From assembly GCA_965279515.1 (NCBI GenBank), contig CBDIID010000003.1, forward strand, positions 3,840,001-3,904,000: a DNA stretch of 64,000 nucleotides, in the 5' to 3' direction. The position numbers and the translations under genes are program-made. The DNA is from Turneriella sp. Its GTDB lineage: Bacteria > Spirochaetota > Leptospiria > Turneriellales > Turneriellaceae. The notes under the pieces were generated by a model. The model saw nothing but the letters and a program-made list of their open reading frames with translations. It was not told the DNA's origin and searched no databases. Numbering within the stretch: position 1 is the stretch's first letter; each line of letters starts with the position of its first letter. Of the stretch, positions 18,399 through 28,967 are shown one piece after another.

Positions 18399-20951
18399 AT
18401 GAAGTCGAAAATTTTATCTTTGATAGCGCTTACCCTTATGGCGGCGCATTGTTCCAAACAAACGGAAAAGACGGTAACCGTGACGAATGAAGTCAAGGTG
18501 CCGGTCGAAGCGACCCATGTCGAGGCTTTGGTGGCGGCTGACGCCGGGGCATCCCTCAGCATTGGTAATAAAATACAGCTTATTGTGCCCGCGGGTGCGC
18601 TGAACCAGGACACCAATATCTCTGTCCACAAGGCTGCTGTCGCAACACCCAGTGAAAATCTGGTTCCGCTGACGAATTCGGTTGAGCTGGGCGCGCACGG
18701 CGTGGAGTTCAATAAACCCGTGTCGCTCAACGTCTGCTATGACCCTGCAACCCTCGCGGCGCAGAATCTTAAGGAGGAGACTGTTGCGGTCTATTACGTC
18801 GACCCTGCTACCGGGGAATATGCATCCGTAGGTGGCTCTGTAAATAAAGCCTCGCATTGCATTACCGCCGATTTACAGCATTTTTCAACCTATCTGGTCG
18901 CTGCGCAGATTCTGCAGGGTGGTAACAACGCCCCTGTAATTTCAGCACCGACGCTTCTGCCGACGGCACCGATGGCCGGCCTGCCGCTGCGCCTCTCGAC
19001 CGTCATCACCGATTTTGAACAGAGTACGGTCAACGGCCAGATTGGTTTTGGCCAGATCGCAACAGCAAAACTTTTCTACCGGGTTTATCAGGGTGATGTG
19101 AATGCCGCCCCTTATACCGAGGTTGCCCTGGCGCCGGATTACAATGATGCGACCGGTACGCGGTATACGGCGAAAATTCCTGCAAACACGGTCACGACTG
19201 CTGGGCTCGAGTATTATATCCGCGCGGTAGATAATTTAGGGCTCGCAAAATTGCGCTACCCGACCAAGGTCGCCAACCAGCCATCGATTGTTATCAACCG
19301 CACAGCAACGGGCCTGTCGTTCCAGACGAATGTGGTCACCGATCTCGCCGCCGGTTTTAAGCGTTCTTACACCGTTAAGGGCAATGATAATCTCGGCGGC
19401 AGCTACAATGTCGAAGTGGAATCCTTTGCGGTAAACAACAGCATTGGTAATGCAGTCCAATTGTCTTCCGCGGTAGTCCAATTTACCGCCACGACTGCAG
19501 GTGCGCAGAACTATCGCATCGGCTCGCTGACGGTAAATTCAGGTGCATTTACGCTGACATCGCAGGATATCCGCGTGCATGCAGGCATGCTCGACCATAT
19601 CGCACTGCTCTCACCCGCTGGCGTTGTGTTGGGAAATTCGATCACCGTGAACGCGAACTCAACCTATGACTTTGATGTTTTGGGCTACGATGCCTATGGC
19701 AATACGACAAATGTACTGCCGCTGTTTGTGATCGTACCGGTCTCAGGCGCAGGCACGATTTCGCCGACAGGCCTCTACACCGCGCCTGCGACGGCACAGA
19801 CAGCGACGCTGGTCGCGACGCTCGACGGTGTGCAGGATAGTATTTTGATTAATGTGGTGGTCAATTCTGGGTGGATGGTGACTGGAAGCTTAAATGGTTC
19901 GCGCTATTGTCATACCGCCACTCGTCTTACCGATGGCCGTGTGCTTCTAACTGGTGGGTATTCTGACGTTACCGGTGCACTTCAGAATGTTTCTGAGATA
20001 TTTGACCCTAATGGTAATGCTGGTGCGGGCATGTTTGTTATCACTGCTCCTATGATTTCTTCAAGAACGTGCCATACGGCCACCCTATTACCTGACGGTC
20101 GAGTGTTCATTACAGGCGGATATAATGGTATCGCTAGCAATTCAAATTACAGTTCTGAAATTTTCGACCCTAACGGAAATGGGGGGGCTGGGGTTTTTAC
20201 GCTTACCGCTCCGATGTCTGTACCAAGGCAATTTCATGAAGCCACACTCTTGAACGATGGTCGCGTTTTGCTTACAGGTTCTTATGACTCAACGTTAGGT
20301 CAAATTAGCGCTGAAATTTTTGATCCTGCGGGCAATGGCGGTCTTGGTAGCATTGTTTCTACCGCCAATATGATGATGCGAAGAGGGGCTCACACAGCAA
20401 CCAAGCTATCGGATGGCCGGGTTGCAATTATTGGGGGCGTAGGTTCTGGAGTATTTATATCAGCTACGGAAATCTTTGACTCAGCAGGAAATGCAGGCAC
20501 AGGTAGCTTCACGTTGACATCTAATATTTCCTCACAAAGGCATTTCCATACAGCAACGCTCCTGGCGGATAACCGTGTGCTCATTACGGGCGGCACGGAT
20601 AACACACAGTTGAGCGGTTCTGAATTTTTCGATCCCGCAGGCAATGGTGGTTTGGGTAGCTTTAGTGTTGCTGCTAGCATGTCCTCGGCAAGGTCTTTAG
20701 CAACCGCAATGCTCCTGGCAGATAACCGTGTACTCATCAGCGGCGGCTCGGATCAAACAGGCCCACTTAGCAGCTCTGAAATTTTTGATCCCATAGGCAA
20801 TGGTGGTTTGGGTAGCTTCAGCATTGCTGCTAACATGTCTTCGCCGAGAGTTTATCACCGAGCAGTAATATTAGCCGATGGTCGTGTCCTCATTACTGGC
20901 GGGTATAATGGCGTAAATGCCTCAGATACTGCCGAAATTTATCAGCCATAA
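18399..20951 (+). CDS. Lipoprotein: ZU5-like + Ig-like domains + seven Kelch-type repeats
   Basis: AGGAGG RBS; lipobox MAAHC; LIVPAGAL..F.KPV...HFS (ZU5-like); seven R..H.A..L.DGRV..GG repeats. Confidence 0.85.
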   Translation: MKSKILSLIALTLMAAHCSKQTEKTVTVTNEVKVPVEATHVEALVAADAGASLSIGNKIQLIVPAGALNQDTNISVHKAAVATPSENLVPLTNSVELGAHGVEFNKPVSLNVCYDPATLAAQNLKEETVAVYYVDPATGEYASVGGSVNKASHCITADLQHFSTYLVAAQILQGGNNAPVISAPTLLPTAPMAGLPLRLSTVITDFEQSTVNGQIGFGQIATAKLFYRVYQGDVNAAPYTEVALAPDYNDATGTRYTAKIPANTVTTAGLEYYIRAVDNLGLAKLRYPTKVANQPSIVINRTATGLSFQTNVVTDLAAGFKRSYTVKGNDNLGGSYNVEVESFAVNNSIGNAVQLSSAVVQFTATTAGAQNYRIGSLTVNSGAFTLTSQDIRVHAGMLDHIALLSPAGVVLGNSITVNANSTYDFDVLGYDAYGNTTNVLPLFVIVPVSGAGTISPTGLYTAPATAQTATLVATLDGVQDSILINVVVNSGWMVTGSLNGSRYCHTATRLTDGRVLLTGGYSDVTGALQNVSEIFDPNGNAGAGMFVITAPMISSRTCHTATLLPDGRVFITGGYNGIASNSNYSSEIFDPNGNGGAGVFTLTAPMSVPRQFHEATLLNDGRVLLTGSYDSTLGQISAEIFDPAGNGGLGSIVSTANMMMRRGAHTATKLSDGRVAIIGGVGSGVFISATEIFDSAGNAGTGSFTLTSNISSQRHFHTATLLADNRVLITGGTDNTQLSGSEFFDPAGNGGLGSFSVAASMSSARSLATAMLLADNRVLISGGSDQTGPLSSSEIFDPIGNGGLGSFSIAANMSSPRVYHRAVILADGRVLITGGYNGVNASDTAEIYQP

Positions 20952-20972
20952 TCAGGCGGTCTGAGCAGAGCC

Positions 20973-21000
20973 AAAGCCACCAGAAGGTGGCTTTTTTATT
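20973..21000 (+). terminator. Rho-independent terminator
   Basis: AAAGCCACC-AGAA-GGTGGCTTT followed by a T-run. Confidence 0.8.
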
Positions 21001-21212
21001 TCTACGGCCCAAAGAGTTGACTGTCACTCTGGCGCGCCGCACCAAACAGTTACACTTGTTTACTTTTTTTGGCCCCGAAAACTTCCCCAAGGCATATAGT
21101 CGTATACAAAGTTAGTGTAGCCGGGGGTATACCTACGCAATTCTACGCGAATTGTCGTACCAAATTGCCTTAAGCTCGTCTAACCCAGAGAGACAAACCG
21201 CAGGAGACAACA

Positions 21213-24200
21213 ATGAGCCAGGTAAAAAGACACCTTAAAGTGGGGATTTCCCTCTTTATAACAGCGCTATTCGCGCTGAATTGTGCGCGTTCATCGAAAA
21301 CGCAATTTTCGCAAAATCTAGAAGCCGACGCAGGTAAAGCCGCGCCGACCTATGAACAGTGGGTTGCTCTGGTCGGGCAAAGCAAAACAGATGCTCTCTA
21401 CGCGGGTGTGGGTCAAGATAGTCTCAACTTGCTCACCTATGGTATCGGCCAGTCGAACATGGTGCAACTAATCAACGCTATTACTTCAACCGATAAGCTC
21501 ATTACTCTCGTTGGGAATGATAACAACGTTGGTACCGGTCCCGGCGGTCGCACTGGTCTCGGTGTGGTCGTCACGCTTTATTTGGTTCTTCAAGTCGATG
21601 CGCAAATGCAGATTAACATCTCCTCAAATCTGCCCGCGCCCGGTGGCTCGACACCGACTGACAATGATACGATCGCTAACCTTGCGAGCGTCGTGAATAC
21701 ATTATCTTCAGCTGAGGTTCAAACCAAGATGGTTGATTTGTTCGGTACTACCGGTGCTGGTCTCGGGTTTGATCTTTCTCGCAGTCTCGCAGCCGCAACG
21801 ACTGAAACAGTTCCGAATCAGCTTCTTTATGTCCAGCGCATGGCGAAAGTTGTGGCGCATGTATCTCCAACAGCCTCATCTTGCGCAGCGAAACTCTGCC
21901 CGCTCATGACAGGCCTAACCGCTGCGGAAGTTACGGGTAAACTGGCCCCTATGATTAAGGGCGTTACAAGCGCGGACAAACTCGTAGAAACAATCGAATC
22001 TACGGCAGCGATTGCCAACCTTATCACAGTAATGCAAGGTGTAACTGTCGCGAATGTGACGGCAAAGATGGTGCCGATTATCAACGCTGTTACAGACTGC
22101 ACCAAAATGGGCTATACTATTAATAATGTGACAACCCTCGCAACGCTTATTAACATTATCAACAATGTTCAAGTGCCCGCCAACATGGGAACTTTGCTCA
22201 ATCTCGCAGAAAACGGCGCGACCTGGGCATCTCAGGTTTCACCGGCTGAAACATGGGGTGTTCCGACCAAAGCGGCACCGTTTGGGACTGCTGGCACGGG
22301 CTTGACCCACCAATATAACCTGACAAGCGGTACAGGTACGGTTCCCATTGGTGCTTTCGCCATAGCTGGTGGTAGCGGCGGTTCAAACTACCTGCCGGGG
22401 GTTACTGTTACGGTAACGGGTTGCACGGTTCAGCCGACGGTGCACTTGAATATATCATCTGGTATCATTCAGACAACGGGTCACTATGTGACGACAGCCG
22501 GTACTGGTTGCGGGGCCAACGGATTGAAGGGGTTGACCGTAGTTACTCCCGCCACATCTAAAACAACCATGGCACGCCTCATTGACATTATCAACGGCCT
22601 AGCTCCAGCTGCTACCTACTATAAACTCCTGAACCTGGTCGATGGCGTCACAGACATGACTAAAATGGTTCGCCTGATTCAGGATTTAATGGTGGCCGAT
22701 GACGTTGTCGACCTGATGAATAATATGAGCGGCCTTGCAGGAACTGGTGGAACTTGTACTGTTCCCAACGGTACAGATACCGTTACCATTGGTGGCGGTG
22801 GTGGTGCGGGCGCAACGGCGGTTTCGTTTAATGTGGGCGGGCAAATCGCCTACATTCGTATGACGGCAAACGGAGCGGGTTATACCAGCCAGCCGGCCAT
22901 GAGTGTCCCGGGTTGTACTGGGGCACCGCTGACGTTTACCGCAGTTGGGCCGACGGCCGACGGCAGGCGGTGCGCCAATCACAATGATTTCAGTAAACAA
23001 CCCGCTGAACAACCTTGTCCAAGTCGTGGAGCAGTTGTCGCTGGCAAATATGCCTCGCTTGCAACAGGTCATGGATGGTCAGAGGACTTTTGATAATACC
23101 GGTACGCAGCCCAATGCGTCTCTCACGACGACTTATTTGGGTAAGCTGAACGTGCTGATGCAAAATTTGTCGCAAGGTCAAGAAGGCCCCCTCAAAGTTG
23201 GCGACCTGCTTGCCGGTGTGACGAACACAGATAAGATCATCGATTTGATCTGGGGTGTGACAACCACAACGAATCTCTCAACGGTCATCAATGGTATTTT
23301 TAAATCTACCGAAGTGCCGGGTTGCAGTGATGGTAGTGCTGGTACCTTTGTCGGTCCCAGCACTACAACCGCTTCTGACACGGGAACCTGCGAAAACTCG
23401 GGTAACGGCTTCTTCTACGGCGAGCGTGATCGTGCTGTAACGACGCTGGTTTATTTGGTGGAAAACGTTGCGAATGCGGCAAAGCTGATCTCGATGATCG
23501 ATAACATCACACCGGCGAATGTGATCGCCTTGGTGAACCACACAGCCACGTACAGCCAGCACGCGGATGGTACACCACATGTTTACCCGCGTGGTGCTGT
23601 GGGTCTGGATGCTCAAGCTGCCGGTAAGCGCCTTACAAAAATCGTCGATAATACAACCACCATCGCCCAGCTTGTATTCGTAACGAATAACGTGAGTTCG
23701 ATGATTAAGATGTCTAAACTCGTATCTTTTATGGATATTGGAACTGTGGCGACAGACGGTACGGGAAAAATGGCGACTTTGATCAATGCCATCGGCGGCA
23801 CCAACTGTTATCTTTCAACAACAGTCCCCGGTCGTGGTAACACGACAGCTGTAGCCCCGGGCGGCAGTGCAGCCTGCGTGACACAGAACAGCCAGAATGC
23901 GACCGGCATGGGTAAGATGGTCAACGTGGTTGACTTCGTTGCCGGTAGTACAGTGTCCGATGCGATGGTTCAGTTGAAAAATCTCCTGAATGACGTAACT
24001 GATATCAACAAAACCGCCGACCTCATTAACCAGACTGTGAATTCTTCAAACATTGTTGGTCTTCTCAATGGTGTGACCGATGTGCGCTATGGTACTTCGA
24101 CGACTGCGCTGGTATCTCTTCTCAACAACCTGCCGCGGGGTGAGATCAGCAAGATGGTTTCGCTCGTGGGTGAGATCGGCAACGCTTCCGGTACTGCGAC

Positions 24201-25716
24201 AGCAACCTTTCCGGGTGATGACCACGTGTTGATCGCACAGTTGATGTCAAACTACGTATCGGGTTCAATTGCGACAACGTCGGGTGTGGGTGTTGCTCGT
24301 ATGAGCGAGATGATTGGCTCGTTGAACGTATCGGGTGGTCAGAACTATACGACGGCTCCGGCCGTGGGTGGTTTGAATGCGGGCGGCGGTACAGGTGCAA
24401 CTGCAACGGCGACTATCTCTGCAGCCCTCGGCACGGTTACCAAAGTGACGCTGACGGGTGAGGGGGTCTGTACGGTAGCGCCTACCGGTGCAACCGTTGG
24501 CGGTGGCGGCACAGGTGCGACTGTCTCGGTCGTAACCGCCCCAACGTCCGCTTCAGCAACAAACTTCAAAGTTAAAGCGGTTTATCTGACGAATGGCGGT
24601 TCAGGTTATACAGCTTCGACGCTGACCTTTACGGGCGGAACCTGCGGTACCGCGCCAACGGCCACGACGCAGATTAACGGCGTCATCGGTGTCAGCGTGA
24701 CCAATGGTGGTACCGGTTATACAGATAGCTTCAGCTCACCGACTGTTACGTTCACAGGCGGTGGTGGTACGGGCGCATCTGCAACAGCTCTTGTTGCGGG
24801 TCCGATCAACACACTAACCAGCTTTTACGGCGGCGCTGGTTATACCAACGGGCAGATTTGCCCCATCCGCGGTGCCGGTGGTTCAGGTGGTACATGTACG
24901 GTCGCCGTTACGGGTAGTGCGGTTACCGGCTGCAGTGCAATTGCCGGTGGTTCGGGTTATATTGACGGTCAAATTGTTTCGATTGGCGGTGGTGCTACGG
25001 TTCGTGGCGTGCTCACGGGCACAAATCTTACCAGCATGACCGTCGAAAATAGCGGCTGCGGTTATGGTGCAGCTCCAACTGTTACAGTCCTAACCGGTGC
25101 GAACGAATGTGCGACTGCAGGTACTTATGCCGCTAACCTGACGGCGGGTCGTGTGACATCTATCACCGTTACTACGGCAGCAACGGGCTGTCCGGCCAAC
25201 CCGACGATTGTCATCGGTCAGGCTCCGTATGCGGCGCACGGCGATGGTGCGACGGCGATCGTCAATAACGTCACTGGTGGTACGGTTGTTGCAATCAGCA
25301 TCTCATCGGCATCGGATAGCCTTGCACAGCTGCTCACCAACACAGAGAAAGCTCCGCGCGGTGCGGCGGTTAACTATAATGGTGCGACAACGCCTAACGT
25401 TTCAGCGCGCGAGGCGATGGTGCGCATGCTGCACCACGGCGTCAGCCATACCAGTGCCGGTTATACGGTAAGCCCTGCGCCTTATCCAGGTATAGGACCG
25501 GTACACATCGCGCAGAATGTGCTCAACAACCTGAGCGGTGCGGGTTCGGTGATGACCGTGGTGAATATGCTCAACAGCGATTCGACCAGCCTTACAGACT
25601 TGGTGGTCTTGATTGGCTGCGGTGATCATGTCGAGTACGCGAATGGCAACACGCTGCCGCTTACCGACAACGACTTCCACTTCTTCTGCTCAAGCCATAC
25701 GCCAACTCTCTGGTAA
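21213..25716 (+). pseudogene. Giant repeat lipoprotein G1, frameshifted (ORFs 21213-23093 and 22945-25716; 1498 aa if restored)
   Basis: AGGAG RBS; lipobox FALNC; a tandem GGCCGAC duplication at 22948-22961 shifts the frame; the joined product is a paralog of 30187-34344. Confidence 0.8.
22948..22961 (+). repeat. 7-bp tandem duplication (GGCCGAC)x2 causing the frameshift
   Basis: Removing one unit reads GCA GTT GGG CCG ACG GCA GGC GGT GCG CCA ATC (AVGPTAGGAPI) and joins the two ORFs. Confidence 0.85.
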
Positions 25717-25740
25717 CAGGCTGAACAAGAGAATAACAGT

Positions 25741-25770
25741 AAAAGGGCCGCGCAAGCGGCCTTTTTATTT
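25741..25770 (+). terminator. Rho-independent terminator after G1
   Basis: GGCCGC-GCAA-GCGGCC followed by TTTTTATTT. Confidence 0.8.
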
Positions 25771-25801
25771 AGAGCTGCCGGCTTCGGTTCGTATGGCGTA
25801 G

Positions 25802-26782
25802 TTGTCGATAATCATACGTCTAATACAACAAGTGCGCGCGCTGATCTTAATGATTTTCCTGATTTTACCGCCGGTGTTGCCGCTCAGCGCAGGCGCCCGC
25901 ATTTCACTCGGCTATGGCATGCAGCTGAATTCGATGCTGAATTCAACGTTTAACGGAAATCTCGGCAAAATGGTCCTGAATGAAAGTGGTCAGGCGCTCA
26001 ACGGTACCAGCGGCACGAATGCCTACAGCAGCGTTTGGTCTGCGAGCGGCAGTGATACGGCAGCGTATGCGCTGGTGCATCTGCCCGAGCTGCGCATCGC
26101 TGCCGACCTGGGTGCGCCGCAGGCTTTTCACCTGGGCGTGTTCGCCTCTGTGTCGGGTCTCGTGCCGCAGACATCGGCGTATTATTTGGGTTCGTACCAA
26201 CTGAGCGAAGCGGCCACGTGTTCGGGTATTAATTACAATAAATGCCCGCTCGCGGCGACGAACTTTGTGGCTGCCAGCGGCAATGCGACATACGACGCCG
26301 AGCTGCGTTCTAACCTGCGCTTTATGAATGTCATCGCGGGTCTGACATTCGGTAAAAAAATTGCCACCATCGCGACGGGCGATGTGATACTGAACGGCGA
26401 ATTCGGCATCAATGTGCAGGCATTTTCTGTGAGCTCGCAGTTTGTCGCTTCGCGCTGCTCGGGTGGCGGTTCAACGCCCTGTGCGAGTACCTCTCAGGTG
26501 CGTGTTATACAGTCAGAGCTCAAGACAGCGTCGACGTATGCGCTGGGGCCAGTTCTGGGCGTGAGCCTGCGCTATGAGCGGCCACAGGCGTTTTGGTTCG
26601 TCGAACTCAATGCTGCAGCGACGGTTTTATTTTACCGCCTGGAAAATTCCGGCTATACGAGCTTCGTCGCCGGCGGTACGATTGCCTTTTCGCAGACGGC
26701 GACGGCGCAGGGCGTTGAAGCGGCGCAAAATGTTTTTGCAGTGCTACCAGCGGTGACACTGAGATTTGGGGTGCGCCTGTGA
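25802..26782 (+). CDS. Putative outer-membrane beta-barrel, type A1
   Basis: Signal peptide; amphipathic beta-strands; C-terminus VTLRFGVRL; two Cys pairs; start uncertain. Confidence 0.7.
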   Translation: MSIIIRLIQQVRALILMIFLILPPVLPLSAGARISLGYGMQLNSMLNSTFNGNLGKMVLNESGQALNGTSGTNAYSSVWSASGSDTAAYALVHLPELRIAADLGAPQAFHLGVFASVSGLVPQTSAYYLGSYQLSEAATCSGINYNKCPLAATNFVAASGNATYDAELRSNLRFMNVIAGLTFGKKIATIATGDVILNGEFGINVQAFSVSSQFVASRCSGGGSTPCASTSQVRVIQSELKTASTYALGPVLGVSLRYERPQAFWFVELNAAATVLFYRLENSGYTSFVAGGTIAFSQTATAQGVEAAQNVFAVLPAVTLRFGVRL

Positions 26783-27798
26783 AGCGGCTGTCGTCATTGC
26801 CTACTTCTATACGTCTTATTACCTATGCGGGGGCGGCTTTAATGCTGGGTAGTTTAGCTGCCGCCGAGCCCCTTAAATCCGATAAGGTCGTGTTGCGGGC
26901 TTCTGAGGCTCCAGGAAAGATTACCGACGAAAAAGGCGAGGCGGTGGTAAAACGGCCGTCGTATTTCAGCATATTTCTCGGCAACCGGTTTTCTTTACCT
27001 GATTCGAATGCCGCTGCGAATGCGAAGACCTTTGCTGAAAATAATATTTTGCGCACGGGTGAGACCATCTATAGATCCACCGGCGCCACGCTCGCTGAAG
27101 AGAAATTCAGCCCCGGCCTTGAGCCGCAGCTGCGCGCCGAGTGGGAGATCCCCTTTGAACGCATTTCTTTTTTGCCGCAATGGTCAAAATTCGCCGCACA
27201 CCTTTCTTTCGAAGGTGGATTCACTTCGGCGCAGAATACCCTGACCTCGAGCGGGCCGTTTCGTTATCAGAATAGCCAGGCGAATGCCGCCGAACTCACC
27301 GATCTCACTTACACGGGCAGTCTCACCGTCAGTGAAAAGCGGCAGAATCTGACGCCCATGCTGGGTGTCGGCGTGGCGCTTCCCGCCCAGGGTGATTTTA
27401 AATTTCTCTTTCGCATGGCTGCCGGCGTTTCGTTGCAAAACGGGCAACGCACGTACGAGCTGACGCTGAATCCCCAGTATGTTTCCGCAACCAGCAATCC
27501 GACTTATAGTGACACCTATGTCATAAAAAGCTCGGTCACGCAATCGTATGCGATGGCGATTTTGCCGGCGGGTCGCGCTGAGCTCGGGGTAAGAATGCGC
27601 ATTGCACAGCGCATGCATTTGTCCCTGATCGGCTCTATGACCGTGCTTTACGGCGTTCTGCCATTTGATACCACGGGCACATTCACAGAGCAGGGCGGGC
27701 AAAAAACGGTGTATCAAAAGGTTATTACGGGCATCAGCGATGAGGATTCCCTGCGCCTGATTCCCGCTGTTTTTTTGGCACTGAGTATTGAGTTATGA
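26779..27798 (+). CDS. Putative outer-membrane beta-barrel, type B1
   Basis: Signal peptide; alternating beta-strands; C-terminus AVFLALSIEL; GTGA overlap. Confidence 0.7.
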   Translation: MKRLSSLPTSIRLITYAGAALMLGSLAAAEPLKSDKVVLRASEAPGKITDEKGEAVVKRPSYFSIFLGNRFSLPDSNAAANAKTFAENNILRTGETIYRSTGATLAEEKFSPGLEPQLRAEWEIPFERISFLPQWSKFAAHLSFEGGFTSAQNTLTSSGPFRYQNSQANAAELTDLTYTGSLTVSEKRQNLTPMLGVGVALPAQGDFKFLFRMAAGVSLQNGQRTYELTLNPQYVSATSNPTYSDTYVIKSSVTQSYAMAILPAGRAELGVRMRIAQRMHLSLIGSMTVLYGVLPFDTTGTFTEQGGQKTVYQKVITGISDEDSLRLIPAVFLALSIEL

Positions 27799-28967
27799 AC
27801 ATGTATAATAAACACGTGTTCACTAAGTTTTTTAAGCCTTTATCGGCAGCGATCGCTGTGTCTATAGCGATGTGCTCGCTGAATTTTTCTCCTCTGCACG
27901 CGCAGGCAGCCGGAGGTATTCAGTTAAAGAAGAAGACCACTAAAAAACGTATCGATGCCAAAGGCAATCTCGTCGAAGAGCAGGCCGCCGTTGAAGATAT
28001 GTACAACGAGACGAATATCGGTTCGATCGCGCAGCTTGACCCGCGCGCCAACCGCGCCTTCTTCACGCACACGTGGTTCATCAAGGCTTCGACAACGGTA
28101 AACTATTTCAATCTCGGCAACGAGTTCAACGGCGTTATCAAACAGATCGAGGGCGCCTTCGGCGGAGATACGCTGAGCATGAATCTCTTTACGATCGACG
28201 GCAAAATTTCCATGAATACGGCGGACCAGATACAGCGGGCGCCGACGCACTTTCTGCCGACGGGCAACCTTTCGCTCGGCTTCTATCTTGGTAGCCACCA
28301 GATCGAACTCGAATTTGGTCTCGCCGGTCTTGTGCCGCTGAAGACTGTCGATAGCAGCACGAGCATGACGCTGCAGGATAAATCATCGAATTGTTCGGGC
28401 ACCGGTTGCAAACTTGCATCGATGGGTTTCGTGAATCCGGGTTCCCGCATCGGGCAATACGATTTCAAAATGACGATGAATGAAGACGTCTGGATTCTCA
28501 CGCCGTCGTTGGCCTACGATTATATTTTTCTGACGCGTAAATGGGGGCGCCTGAGTCTCGGCGGCGCGGTCGGCGCGATGATTCTTTCGACTTCGCAGCA
28601 GATTGCCTTCAAGGCCGTGCGCACCGACCTCACGCAGGTCGAAGCCCCGCTGGATTACCTGAAGCAGCGTATCTTGCAGGGTACTGCAAATTCCACGAAC
28701 GTGACGGACATTGGGCCGATTTTTCGTCTGCATGTAACGTACCGGCCGCCGCCGATGACAAAATTCTGGAACACGCAGATGGAAGTGCGGGTCGGCGGTA
28801 ACTATGGTTTTGTTTACCTGAACCGCGACGTCGACGGCACGGGCCAGGCTGTATTGGGCGACACTCTGGCGGGTACGTTTCCTCTGACGACACTTGGCTT
28901 TAAAAGCCATGAAGTGAATAAGTTCGAGCTGCTCGGGGGATTTATTCAGGTGGGGATAGTGTTTTGA
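27795..28967 (+). CDS. Putative outer-membrane beta-barrel, type A2
   Basis: Signal peptide ending LHA; C-terminal GFIQVGIVF beta-signal; ATGA overlap. Confidence 0.75.
   Translation: MNMYNKHVFTKFFKPLSAAIAVSIAMCSLNFSPLHAQAAGGIQLKKKTTKKRIDAKGNLVEEQAAVEDMYNETNIGSIAQLDPRANRAFFTHTWFIKASTTVNYFNLGNEFNGVIKQIEGAFGGDTLSMNLFTIDGKISMNTADQIQRAPTHFLPTGNLSLGFYLGSHQIELEFGLAGLVPLKTVDSSTSMTLQDKSSNCSGTGCKLASMGFVNPGSRIGQYDFKMTMNEDVWILTPSLAYDYIFLTRKWGRLSLGGAVGAMILSTSQQIAFKAVRTDLTQVEAPLDYLKQRILQGTANSTNVTDIGPIFRLHVTYRPPPMTKFWNTQMEVRVGGNYGFVYLNRDVDGTGQAVLGDTLAGTFPLTTLGFKSHEVNKFELLGGFIQVGIVF

Noticed and set aside
19860..20951. Repeats as a CRISPR array or DGR template
   Set aside because: They are degenerate in-frame Kelch repeats; no cas or reverse transcriptase gene in the window
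22945..25716. 923-aa ORF as an independent gene
   Set aside because: No RBS or signal peptide; starts at the frameshift; better explained as the C-terminal part of G1
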